Shown here: positions 33,901 through 42,888 of the stretch, piece after piece | Position numbering within the stretch: the first letter of the stretch is position 1 | How the letters are laid out: each line of letters begins with the position of its first letter | From: a bacterium | Lineage (GTDB): Bacteria; Patescibacteriota; Microgenomatia; JAMCZE01 | Direction: 5' to 3' | Length of the DNA: 64,000 nucleotides | Assembly: GCA_021836035.1 (NCBI GenBank) | Contig: JAKBJL010000004.1 | Location: 3,841-67,840 of the forward strand | Position numbers and translations under genes: made by a program | Notes under the pieces: model-generated | Database searches by the model: none | The model's input: the letters and a program-made list of their open reading frames with translations, nothing else | Told to the model about the DNA's origin: nothing

Positions 33901-34013
33901 AGCTTAATTTGTCCCCCGTCTCGCTTCGCTTGCTCGGGACGAGACCCCGTGTCAATTGTAACTAACTATTTAAAGCGTCTCAAGGTCTCTCCTTAGGTAT
34001 CTAGAGGCCTTAT

Positions 34014-34038
34014 AAAAAAACCCCGCTCCATTGCGGGG
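34014..34038 (-). terminator. Attenuator terminator upstream of pheS
   Basis: CCCCGC-AATGGA-GCGGGG followed by T7 on - strand. Confidence 0.85.
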
Positions 34039-34063
34039 TCTGGTTTTCCTTCTTTGGGGGGTT

Positions 34064-34135
34064 TTAAACCACCGAACCATCTCCCGCTTGTGCGAGATTA
34101 AAGAAGAAAAAGAAAAATTTATTTGCCCTGCTCAT
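34064..34135 (-). CDS. pheST leader peptide (PheM-like), MSRANKFFFFFFNLAQAGDGSVV
   Basis: Six consecutive Phe codons (TTT TTC TTT TTC TTC TTT) in a 23-aa ORF between rplT and the terminator preceding pheS. Confidence 0.85.
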   Translation of the reverse strand: MSRANKFFFFFFNLAQAGDGSVV

Positions 34136-34140
34136 GTTAA

Positions 34141-34485
34141 TCATTTTACCTGTTCCACAATTTTTTGGAAAGCAGCGGGGTCATCGAGAATAAGTTGCGC
34201 CAAAATCTTACGATCGAGTTGAATATTAGCCAGCTTCAGTTTATGGATAAACTCACTATAGCGTAAACCGTGCGGTTTGACGGCTTCGTTGATATGCAGA
34301 ATCCAATCGCGGCGAAATTGCGATTTCCGGTCCTTGCGTCCAACATATGCGTATTGACCAGCATGCAGTACCGCCTCGTGGGCTTTGCGGATTAGCTTTC
34401 TCCGGCTCATCCAATAACCCTTAGCTTGCCGAAGCAATTTTTTATGTTTTGCGTGGCTGGTAAGGCCCCTTTTAATTCTTGCCAT
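34141..34485 (-). CDS. rplT: 50S ribosomal protein L20
   Basis: MARIKRG, AKGY, FRRDWI, LDRKILAQL. Confidence 0.97.
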   Translation of the reverse strand: MARIKRGLTSHAKHKKLLRQAKGYWMSRRKLIRKAHEAVLHAGQYAYVGRKDRKSQFRRDWILHINEAVKPHGLRYSEFIHKLKLANIQLDRKILAQLILDDPAAFQKIVEQVK

Positions 34486-34724
34486 ATTCCGGTAATTAGT
34501 ATGGCAGTAAGACAGTGGGCTAGTAATTTAGTTAATTAAGACTACCATGTTGCCCTACTGCTTATCTGTCCTACTTTGAAAGTATTTACTGTGTATTTCC
34601 CTAAACGGTTTGTATATTTTACCCACAAAGGGTCGAATACGCAAATAATGATTATAGGCACGCGCCGAAACTTCTGCCGCCCTATCCCGTGCGTTCTTAC
34701 GGAAATTGACAGTAAATCTATGCA

Positions 34725-34919
34725 CTATATTCCTAAAATCTTTTTAATTTTTTTACCCCAGGCACCGGTAACAAGCAGCGGTTCTTTACCCCGGCGTAAA
34801 TTGGTTCTTCGCTTCGCGGCGGCGTGATGTCTTTGCCCCATCTTGCGCCGCAACAACTTCCCGCTGCCGGTGACTTTAATCCGGTCCCTTAAGGATTTGG
34901 TCGTTTTTATTTTAGGCAT
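34725..34919 (-). CDS. rpmI: 50S ribosomal protein L35
   Basis: MPKIKT...RIKVTGSGKLLR; between infC and rplT. Confidence 0.95.
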   Translation of the reverse strand: MPKIKTTKSLRDRIKVTGSGKLLRRKMGQRHHAAAKRRTNLRRGKEPLLVTGAWGKKIKKILGI

Positions 34920-34944
34920 ATAAAAATTAGTGAATAGTTATCGT

Positions 34945-35454
34945 TTATTTCGCACTAAATACCGTTACTAATAATTTTCCTTCGAAATGAGCTTCGCGGT
35001 CGATTTTACCGACATCGGAAAGTCTTTCTTTAAACTGGTCGATTATCTTATATCCGAACTCCGGATGGGTAATCTGGCGGCCGGAAAATTTTACCACTAC
35101 CTTGGTATTATATCCATCGGTTAAAAATTCCTTGGTCTTTTTAATACGGGCGTCAATATCAGCTTGCCCGGCGAAAGGACCGCCGACTCTCACCTCTTTG
35201 ATTCCAGTATTTTTCTGCGATTTTTTAGATTCTTTTTCCTTTTTTTCCTGTTGATAAATAAATTTCTTATAATCGACTATTTTGGCTACCGGCGGCTGGG
35301 CATTTTCACCTATCAAAACCAAATCCGCGCCCTGACCGAGCGCGTAATCCAAAGCTTCTTCTTTGGTAAGGATGCCGATTTGCTTGCCGTCTTCCCCGAT
35401 TAGTCTTAGACGAGGAGCGGCTATTTGATTATTGGCTTTGTACTGTTTCTGCAA
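34945..35454 (-). CDS. infC: Translation initiation factor IF-3 (TTG start)
   Basis: RLIGEDGKQIG, DLVLI, PPVAKIVDYKKF, KFSGRQ. Confidence 0.96.
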   Translation of the reverse strand: MQKQYKANNQIAAPRLRLIGEDGKQIGILTKEEALDYALGQGADLVLIGENAQPPVAKIVDYKKFIYQQEKKEKESKKSQKNTGIKEVRVGGPFAGQADIDARIKKTKEFLTDGYNTKVVVKFSGRQITHPEFGYKIIDQFKERLSDVGKIDREAHFEGKLLVTVFSAK

Positions 35455-35472
35455 TCTGTAGCTAAAGTAACT

Positions 35473-37224
35473 TTAGGCTGACCGCAATTTTTTATCTCCG
35501 ATTTCCATTTTAATTTCTTCCAGAAACTTTTGCAAGGGCATTTTGCCCAGATCTCCGCGGTCGCGGCTTCTTACTGCGACCCGCTCTGATTTTTCCTCTT
35601 CGTCGCCTACTACCAACATATAAGGGACTTTTTGGAGTTGCGCGTCGCGGATTTTGGCGCTGAGAGTTTCCGCCCGCTCATCAATTTCGCTTCGGATACT
35701 GTTTTTTAAAAGATTTTCATTTAATTTTAGGGCATAATTCAAGTGCCGGTCGGCAATCGGCAGAATCACAGCTTGTACCGGGGATAGCCAGACGGGAAAC
35801 GCCCCGGCAAAATGTTCTAAAAGAATCATCAGGAACCGTTCTGACGAACCGAGAATGGCGCGGTGAATCATCACCGGAATTTTAAGACTGCCGTCACGAT
35901 CCGTATAGTTAAGACCGAATCTTTCCGGCATGACAAAATCGATTTGGACAGTGGAGAGTTGCCATTCCCGCCCCAAGGCATCAGTTGCCATCAGATCCAT
36001 TTTGGGAGCATAAAAAGCCGCTTCCCCCTCGGCGATAAAGAAATCAATTTTATTCCGCTGCATAATTTTTTCCGCCCACTTTTCCACCTTGTCCCAAACC
36101 TCCGGTTGTCCCAGATATTTTTCGGGATGTTCTCGGTCACGGGTAGATAGACGGTAGCGGTAAGAGAAACCGAAAGTCGCCATCACTTTTTTAATCATCT
36201 GCAGAGCGGTATCAATTTCGTTGTCCACCTGTTCTTCCGTACAGAAAATATGGCAATCATCCTGGGAAAAAGAACGGACGCGGGCCAAGCCGTTTAGCTC
36301 CCCGGGTTTTTCATCGCGGTACAGCATGGCAAAATCAGTCAAACGCAAAGGCAAGTCGCGGTAGCTTCTTTGTTTGGCTGCGTAAATTTGAGTATGTTGC
36401 GGACAATTCATAGGTTTGAGAAAAAATTCTTCTTCGGAATAATGGGAAACGACATTAAACATATCGTTCTTATATTTATCATAATGTCCGGAAACTTTAA
36501 AAAGTTCTGCTTTGGCTACCTGCGGCGTCCAGACCTGCTGATAACCGACCCGGGATTGCAAGTCCTCAATAAAATTATTCAATTCCCGGCGAATAATGCC
36601 GCCCCGCGGCGTATAAAGCGGAAATCCGGCGCCGACCAATTCGGAAAAAGTAAATAAATCCAAATCCCGGCCCAACTTGCGATGATCTCTTTTGTCCGCC
36701 TCTTCTAATAAGTGCAGATAATCCTCAAGTTCTTTTTTAGTCGGAAAAGCAGTCCCGTAAATCCGGGTCAACATTTTGTTTTTCTCATTTCCGCGCCAGT
36801 AAGCCCCGGCAATTTTTAAAAGCTTAAAATATTTCAGATCATTTTTAGGATGCGGCGTATGTCCGCCGCGGCATAGATCGGTAAAATTTCCGGATTTATA
36901 TAAAGTTATCGATTTACCCTCTTTTTCTAATTCTTCAATTAATTCCTGCTTGTATGGATTAGAGACAAAATCTGACTTAGCTTGGTCGGCGGTAACTTCC
37001 AGTTTTTCAAAACTATTCCAGGTTTTGGCAATCTCCTGCATTTTTCCCTCGATCCGGGGTAAATCTTCTGCGGAAATTTTGAGTTGATCGAAGTCGTAAT
37101 AAAAACCGTTTTCAACCGACGGCCCGATAGCGGGCAGCGCCTCGGGATATAATTCCAGAACCGCCGCAGCTAATAAATGCGCCGAAGAATGTCTGAGATT
37201 GTCTAACTTTTCTTTTTTCTCCAT
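35473..37224 (-). CDS. thrS: Threonyl-tRNA synthetase (no TGS domain)
   Basis: RHSSAHLLA, DLCRGGH, RDHRKLG, KPMNCP, HRAILGS. Confidence 0.97.
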   Translation of the reverse strand: MEKKEKLDNLRHSSAHLLAAAVLELYPEALPAIGPSVENGFYYDFDQLKISAEDLPRIEGKMQEIAKTWNSFEKLEVTADQAKSDFVSNPYKQELIEELEKEGKSITLYKSGNFTDLCRGGHTPHPKNDLKYFKLLKIAGAYWRGNEKNKMLTRIYGTAFPTKKELEDYLHLLEEADKRDHRKLGRDLDLFTFSELVGAGFPLYTPRGGIIRRELNNFIEDLQSRVGYQQVWTPQVAKAELFKVSGHYDKYKNDMFNVVSHYSEEEFFLKPMNCPQHTQIYAAKQRSYRDLPLRLTDFAMLYRDEKPGELNGLARVRSFSQDDCHIFCTEEQVDNEIDTALQMIKKVMATFGFSYRYRLSTRDREHPEKYLGQPEVWDKVEKWAEKIMQRNKIDFFIAEGEAAFYAPKMDLMATDALGREWQLSTVQIDFVMPERFGLNYTDRDGSLKIPVMIHRAILGSSERFLMILLEHFAGAFPVWLSPVQAVILPIADRHLNYALKLNENLLKNSIRSEIDERAETLSAKIRDAQLQKVPYMLVVGDEEEKSERVAVRSRDRGDLGKMPLQKFLEEIKMEIGDKKLRSA

Positions 37225-37227
37225 AAA

Positions 37228-37398
37228 ATAATTAAAGCACCAATCTATTCTGGATTATTTCTGGAACGCCTGCAAGCGTGGTTCCATCCAGATTTACCCC
37301 CAACTGCACGGTATGGGGTTTGGTGCTTAATTTCTGTGGTCTGCACAGTCAGTTCAGTAAAAAAGTTGGTGAGTCTTTTATCGCGCTGAAATTAACTT
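37228..37398 (-). ncRNA. T-box riboswitch leader of thrS
   Basis: CTGGA-TGGAACC-ACGCTTGCAGGCGT-TCCAG antiterminator fold with the 7-nt UGGNACC bulge; very short stem I with a Thr codon (ACC) in its loop. Confidence 0.85.
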
Positions 37399-37433
37399 GA
37401 GTAAAGTTTAGGGGTTCAGTTATAATATGTCAA
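37397..37433. promoter_or_regulatory. Overlapping divergent promoters for thrS (-) and tRNA-Val (+)
   Basis: - strand TTGACA-N17-TAAACT (37433-37405); + strand TTGAGT-N18-TATAAT (37397-37426). Confidence 0.65.
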
Positions 37434-37441
37434 GTTAATTA

Positions 37442-37513
37442 GGGCTCGTGGCTCAGTGGTAGAGCGTCTCGTTGACATCGAGAAGGTCAGAGGTCCAATT
37501 CCTCTCGGGCCCA
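37442..37513 (+). tRNA. tRNA-Val(GAC)
   Basis: GGGCTCG/CGGGCCC acceptor, CTCG-TTGACAT-CGAG anticodon arm, T arm AGAGG-TCCAATT-CCTCT; CCA not encoded. Confidence 0.93.
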
Positions 37514-37523
37514 CTAAATCAAA

Positions 37524-37856
37524 CTATATACCTGGGATAATTCTCTCTCCGATTATTGTCTCAATTAACTCTAGAGTTTTTAATCTGGCTATTTGGGGAT
37601 CGCCTCTTAATAAGCAGGTACTGGTAGTGTTCCAGATGTGAATTTTCCCATCTAAATCTCTATCAATCAATCCGCCATCGTCCAGAAGATATTTACAAAA
37701 GTTATTACCGGTTAGAAGTCCGAGGCCATTCTCTGCGGCAATTTCGGAATGAGCTAATTCCCAAAAATCAAAAGCTACTTTATTTCCGTCACGGACAAAC
37801 TTGTAACCTTTACCATCTAATAATATTGAACTTTCTTTGTTCAAAAGTGGGCTCAT
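37524..37856 (-). CDS. Hypothetical protein
   Basis: 110-aa ORF with ATG start, in line with upstream genes; no recognised motif. Confidence 0.6.
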   Translation of the reverse strand: MSPLLNKESSILLDGKGYKFVRDGNKVAFDFWELAHSEIAAENGLGLLTGNNFCKYLLDDGGLIDRDLDGKIHIWNTTSTCLLRGDPQIARLKTLELIETIIGERIIPGI

Positions 37857-37873
37857 AACACCAATATATACTT

Positions 37874-38503
37874 TTATCCCGCTGCCGTGGCCAGAGAGCG
37901 CTCGTCAGACATGGCAAAGGAGCTGCCGTGTTTTTTAAACATAGCCCAATAGCCTTTTTTGGATTTTTTGGAATTAAAAGCCGAGAGCCAGGTCCGGGAT
38001 TTTACAACCTCTTTTTTCAAATCCTGAAGCATAGAAACGACCCACTCAAAGAAATTAAGATGATAAAGACCGGGTTTTTTCACCGTTTCCTGGACGGTAA
38101 TATTTTTTACATCGCCGGAAAGAGCAGCTGTCTGGACCTGAATATTTTTTACTTCCTGGGAAATCTGCGTGACCAACTGCTGAATCCTCTGCTTGGTTTC
38201 TAAAGTTTCCCGGTCAAAAACGGTTTTTTGCTCAACTTTTACCGCCTGGAACTGTCGCTGGAGGAGTTCAATCTTTTTTTCCGAAATCTTGGCTTTAAGA
38301 TTTAACTCCTCCCCCACTTTCATTTCGCCTTTAAACGGTTCGTTTTTAGACCTAGGGGAGAAATTCAGTTGGTCAATAGCTGTTTCCAGAAGTCCACGAC
38401 TAAGCTCACTGGCAGCTTTTTTACCGATATCCGCGCCCAAATCTCCTACCATCTCAATAGGGTTTTTATCCACAAAATCGCTTTTCTTCTTCGGGCTATT
38501 CAT
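37874..38503 (-). CDS. Conserved hypothetical protein (DUF5660-like)
   Basis: PGLYHLNFFEW...SRTWL...KKGYWAMFKKHGSSF C-terminal pattern recalled from CPR proteins. Confidence 0.7.
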   Translation of the reverse strand: MNSPKKKSDFVDKNPIEMVGDLGADIGKKAASELSRGLLETAIDQLNFSPRSKNEPFKGEMKVGEELNLKAKISEKKIELLQRQFQAVKVEQKTVFDRETLETKQRIQQLVTQISQEVKNIQVQTAALSGDVKNITVQETVKKPGLYHLNFFEWVVSMLQDLKKEVVKSRTWLSAFNSKKSKKGYWAMFKKHGSSFAMSDERSLATAAG

Positions 38504-38516
38504 TGCGCGAAGTGTA

Positions 38517-39386
38517 CTATAGGTTCGCGAGTTTTGTCAATGTCTGCTCTCGCCTCAGAATAGAAGCGAGTAGATATGATTGGGCCGTCAATGCTTTCTT
38601 TTTTTCCGGATCGGTTTCTTTATTGATAACCGACTCTACATCCTGCTGGGTAATCCGGATATCCAGATCGTCAGCGATTGCCTCCAGGATAAACTCCATT
38701 TTTAGCGCTGCCTCAGCCTGTTGGCGATATTTTTGCTGTAACTGCTCGGCGGTCTGGCCGCTGCTTTGCAAATATTGTTCGAAAGTTAGTCCTGCCTGCC
38801 TGACATCATCCACCAATTGCGTAACCAATTTATTTGTTTCCGATTCCGCAAGAAGTTCCGGTAATTCTACTTTACAAATTTCCAATAGTTTTTGCACAAT
38901 TTCCGAGATTTTTCTGCTCTGATCTTCTGCCTTTTTCTTTTCGTCCTCCTGGGGGTTTAAGTCCTGGGTGCTGCCCGGGGTCCAAATTTTTCCTTTGGCA
39001 TTAATACCTTTTACCATTTCGCGGTAATTGTCCAGTACAACTTGGGGTCTTTCGGCGGCGACGGCTTTAAACTGCCAATCTTTGCCTTCTTCTCCGGAAA
39101 CAATTTGGATTTTCGGGGAAATAATAGGTTTAAGTTTGTATTCATCCAGCGCCTTGCTATAAGCTTCCGGTAGCAGGCGATTGACTACTTCGCCGTAAAC
39201 TTTGCTTTTGTCCACCTTTTGGGCGATAAGATTTTCCGGGGCTTTGCCCTTGCGGAAACCTTCAACTTCAATTTCCGCGGCCACTTCGGCAAAAACCACA
39301 TCATAGATTTTCTTTACCTCCGGCCAGGGGAAAGTCAGCGTCAATTCGAAAGAGGAACCCGGTAAACGGGTCAGTGCGCTTATCAT
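38517..39386 (-). CDS. tig: Trigger factor, short form without PPIase domain
   Basis: Ribosome-binding GFRKGKAP motif joined directly to the C-terminal chaperone domain; 289 aa. Confidence 0.9.
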   Translation of the reverse strand: MISALTRLPGSSFELTLTFPWPEVKKIYDVVFAEVAAEIEVEGFRKGKAPENLIAQKVDKSKVYGEVVNRLLPEAYSKALDEYKLKPIISPKIQIVSGEEGKDWQFKAVAAERPQVVLDNYREMVKGINAKGKIWTPGSTQDLNPQEDEKKKAEDQSRKISEIVQKLLEICKVELPELLAESETNKLVTQLVDDVRQAGLTFEQYLQSSGQTAEQLQQKYRQQAEAALKMEFILEAIADDLDIRITQQDVESVINKETDPEKKKALTAQSYLLASILRREQTLTKLANL

Positions 39387-39398
39387 AGCAGACGCATT

Positions 39399-39749
39399 TT
39401 ACTGGATATTGATTTTTAAATCAATTGCCGGCGGGGCTATTTGCGGCTCCAAAAGATCCAGATTATCTACTTCCCCCAACCAGGTTTTAAGATCTCCCTG
39501 AAGTTTAAGGGCGCCGGCATCGCCCGAGAGTATTCCCGGTTTGCGAGCAACCGGAGTAAGCGTGGGTGAGATATTGGCAGCAGGAGATGGAATTGCCGGC
39601 TGGTTTTGGTGGGAAAAGATAAGAAAGGCCATCCCGATACCGAGGGCAAAAACAAAAACGCTGGTAATAATAAGAATTAATACCAAGCTGGCATTTAATT
39701 CCACTTTCCGGTCCGGTCTGATAATTTCTCCGCCGTCTGCAATTTCCAT
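39399..39749 (-). CDS. Hypothetical single-TM protein
   Basis: One TM helix followed by a Pro/Thr linker. Confidence 0.7.
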   Translation of the reverse strand: MEIADGGEIIRPDRKVELNASLVLILIITSVFVFALGIGMAFLIFSHQNQPAIPSPAANISPTLTPVARKPGILSGDAGALKLQGDLKTWLGEVDNLDLLEPQIAPPAIDLKINIQ

Positions 39750-39754
39750 AAAAT

Positions 39755-40561
39755 TTATCCGTTAATTAAGGAATTCATAATTTCTAATAGGAAATTCCCT
39801 GCTTCATGCAGATATTGCTGGCCTTCGGCTAGGAATTTTTGACCGCTCATCAGGGATATTTCCTGATTGGAATAATAGGAATTTTGGGGGGAAAATACTT
39901 CTTGCGCGGCATCTCTTTTAGTTTGGTAAAGGTCGATCTTTCCCCGGGCGGTTATAAGACCTCTTTGCCAACTTAAAACATCATGGCCGTTGTTTTGTAA
40001 ACCGGTCAGAGTGTCATTTACTCGTGCCGAAAGATCGTCAACTTTAGCTGCCTGCAGGTCAATTTTGGCCAGTAAAATTGACCCGATAGCTTTTTTCATT
40101 TCTTCCTCTATCGTTTTATATTTGTCATCAAAATCTCCGCTTACTTTATTTAAATCCTCAATATTAGCGGCAGAATTAATTTCTCTCTGGTGATCATTAA
40201 GATAGGCAGTTTCAGCGGCTACAATTCCGGAGAAAGTGTTAAGGCTATCGGCGCTGAAACCTTCCGTTTCCCGCATTTTTTCAATTACCGCCTGAAAATA
40301 AGCGCTGACAACGAGATCTCTTTTTATCAGTACAACCCGCATTTTTTCCATAGCGGTGTTTTGGGTTAAAAGGGTTTTGTAGGTATTATAAGTGGAGCTG
40401 GCCACGATAAAATCCTGGTAAGCTTGGCGATATGCACTATATTCGTTATGGTAGTCGTCATAAGCCTGTTTGTACGATGCAAAAGAGATTCCGGCGAATA
40501 GGAAAAAGAAAATGACCCCGGTAATTATTGATGTTGTGAAAACGGTCAGTCTAATCCCCAT
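39755..40561 (-). CDS. Hypothetical secreted alpha-helical protein
   Basis: Signal peptide ending SFA; helical/coiled-coil composition. Confidence 0.75.
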   Translation of the reverse strand: MGIRLTVFTTSIITGVIFFFLFAGISFASYKQAYDDYHNEYSAYRQAYQDFIVASSTYNTYKTLLTQNTAMEKMRVVLIKRDLVVSAYFQAVIEKMRETEGFSADSLNTFSGIVAAETAYLNDHQREINSAANIEDLNKVSGDFDDKYKTIEEEMKKAIGSILLAKIDLQAAKVDDLSARVNDTLTGLQNNGHDVLSWQRGLITARGKIDLYQTKRDAAQEVFSPQNSYYSNQEISLMSGQKFLAEGQQYLHEAGNFLLEIMNSLING

Positions 40562-40746
40562 TAATTTATCTTATATCAGAAGAACCGGTAGTGTCCAGTG
40601 CACATCGAGCGACCAATCTTGAACCTCTGAAACTATTAGTTAACTCGATTCTGCTCCAATGGAATTATGCCCCCCTTCGGCCCGAAGATTTTAACGCCTG
40701 GTATCTTTCCGATGCAGTTGCAATTGTTAGTTTATGAGCTCTAGGC

Positions 40747-41925
40747 TTACTGAAACGAACTTATAACGTTCTTTGCTTCATCTAGACTGAATACACTAAA
40801 ATGGATACGATAAAGAACGCTATTTGAGTCGATGTAATATAAATAGAAGCTATCGTCGGTCACTTGCCGAAGATATGCCCTGCCGTCTCTCGACTGGCTT
40901 AGAGAAATTGTGGTGATCTTCTCTTTTTGCCGATCTTTTATCTGGGAGTTGACTAATTTTTGCAGATCAAACGGCGTAGTAACTTGTTCTTGAATAATTA
41001 CAATGGCCCCAGGTTCTCTGGCGTTGTTGAGCGGAGGCCCGTAAATAAGACCAATTGCATTCATTCCCCCCGAGACGTCCTTAGCGGGTGTGGGTCGTGC
41101 CCACTGGACAAAATCGAGGGGCAAGTAGCTTGGCCTTAAGATGTGAAAGCTAACATTTTTTTGAGCAGCAGTAAAACCTCGATCTTTATCTGTTGTTGTG
41201 TAATATCCATAGCTCATCGTTCCTATCACAGGTAAAACGGCTACCAAAAAGATTATTGAAAGAAAAATTTTTGCTTTGTTTGATAGGGGTTTCCCTTGAT
41301 GTTCAAATTCCCGATGTTTAATAAGGAGCAAAATTATAGATATCAGTATTAATATCCACATTAAAAGATCAGTTAGAGTCGATGCTGACGTTATGTCCTG
41401 GAATAATTTAAAATTAATAGCATTTTGCCCCACATTATTACCGGTGCTCCCTAGCTGGGAATGTAGATTTATTAGAAAACCGATAGCAATTGAAAGGGGT
41501 AGTGGAATGATAACTAAACATGTCAAGGCCATAATCCAAGATGCTCTCGTTTGGTTTCTAATTTTGATTGCAACTAAAAAGTAAACAAAGGCTGCTAGAG
41601 CAAGCAAAATTGGAACAATACCCGTTGATGGAAAGTAACGCAAAAGATCAAAGACAAAATAGCCCCATCCAAAAGATGTTGAATAGTTCAGTAGAACAAC
41701 AATAGCAAAGATAACAAGGGCAAATAGAAGATATAGAGAAGCTAAAATAAACAATGCTATTGAAATAATGTTTACCGCCACCGGTGTTGATTCTTGGAAG
41801 GTTGGCTCAGATAAGATATTTACCGTAGCTTGAGGTTGATTAACCGGAGAATCTTGAGGGCTCGTAAGTGTTTGATTTTGATAATCCATCCTATCCCATG
41901 GTAGCATAGTTAAAATAGAGTGCAA
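40747..41925 (-). CDS. Hypothetical multi-TM membrane protein with extracellular C-terminal domain
   Basis: About 5 TM helices, then AQKNVSFHILRPSYLP (DUF4367-like pattern); AT-rich. Start uncertain. Confidence 0.7.
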   Translation of the reverse strand: MHSILTMLPWDRMDYQNQTLTSPQDSPVNQPQATVNILSEPTFQESTPVAVNIISIALFILASLYLLFALVIFAIVVLLNYSTSFGWGYFVFDLLRYFPSTGIVPILLALAAFVYFLVAIKIRNQTRASWIMALTCLVIIPLPLSIAIGFLINLHSQLGSTGNNVGQNAINFKLFQDITSASTLTDLLMWILILISIILLLIKHREFEHQGKPLSNKAKIFLSIIFLVAVLPVIGTMSYGYYTTTDKDRGFTAAQKNVSFHILRPSYLPLDFVQWARPTPAKDVSGGMNAIGLIYGPPLNNAREPGAIVIIQEQVTTPFDLQKLVNSQIKDRQKEKITTISLSQSRDGRAYLRQVTDDSFYLYYIDSNSVLYRIHFSVFSLDEAKNVISSFQ

Positions 41926-42091
41926 TCGTTAAACTACAGCCAGCTAGATAACCTATGGTGAGTCTTAATGAACTCTACGACGGTGGATAGATCTTGCTGA
42001 CATATTGAGCTTGAATCAAGCTGAAACGTTGTCAAACCTTTTATTAAGCGATAACAGGTCTCCGGTAAAATAGACAAAGCTTCAGGCACTT

Positions 42092-42240
42092 TTGAATCTT
42101 CAGAAGGAGACAGACCCGGCTAACGTTGATTCCGAAGTTAAAACGGAGTTTTTGTCCAAAGTTAAGACGGGAACCCCGTTAATCGTTCTTTCCAAACAGC
42201 ATGGTGTTTCCCACCAGTCAATCTACGATTGGCCCAAAAA
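42092..42240 (+). pseudogene. Transposase HTH remnant (IS3 OrfA-like)
   Basis: EVKTEFLSKVKTGTPLIVLSKQHGVSHQSIYDW resembles a transposase HTH; no catalytic domain follows. Confidence 0.55.
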
Positions 42241-42401
42241 TACCGTAATCATTTATGATCTTGTTGTTGATAACAATATCAAACTTTTCTTCTATCACAA
42301 AAAGGTGGCAAAAGGAGAAAAAGAGGGAAATAACCGGCTCGAACCCGGAAGCAAAGCCGTAGAAGTGCCTAATCACGATATTTCCCAAAAAATTCTTATA
42401 G

Positions 42402-42487
42402 TGCAGGCGAGAGGATTTGAACCTCCACAGGCTTGTTCAGCCCACAGGGTCCTAAGCCCTGCGCGTATACCGTTCCGCCACGCCTGC
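42402..42487 (-). tRNA. tRNA-Leu(TAG)
   Basis: GCAGGCG/CGCCTGC acceptor, CAGGG-CTTAGGA-CCCTG anticodon arm, long variable arm, GGTTCAAATCC. Confidence 0.96.
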
Positions 42488-42599
42488 ATCTTGAGTGATC
42501 CAATTATCCCAAAATTGGAACACTCATTACAACTATCGTAGTGTAACAGAATTAGGTTAACACTTTGGTAAACACCGATGAATGGATCTCGCATTAACT

Positions 42600-42880
42600 A
42601 TTTGTGGCCTAAAATGCCACCCGTGCATAACCGTATTAAGTCCCGATGGGTGGAAGAAATGATGTTGCGGGTCACCGCAAGGGAGACGGAGAAAACCGTT
42701 ACCGAGATTGCCCTCCCGGCTCACGTGAGCCGGAACACCATCTATAAATGGCTGGGAAGGTTTGAAAAGGGGGGCATAGGCAGCCTTGTCCCCCAAACCC
42801 CTGGGGCCAAGACCGGGACACAACTGGCCGCCATCTCCAGGGCCATTGTGGGGAAGATCATTGACCCCGTTGTCGCCCCT
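42600..42880 (+). mobile_element. Truncated transposase N-terminus (IS481/IS630-like HTH)
   Basis: VTEIALPAHVSRNTIYKWLGRFEKGGIGSLVPQTPG HTH pattern; frame then runs into unrelated AT-rich DNA. Confidence 0.6.
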
Positions 42881-42888
42881 ATTACTTT

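Noticed and set aside
38466-38474. Perfect DnaA box TTATCCACA
   Set aside because: Single copy inside a coding sequence; no cluster or unwinding element.
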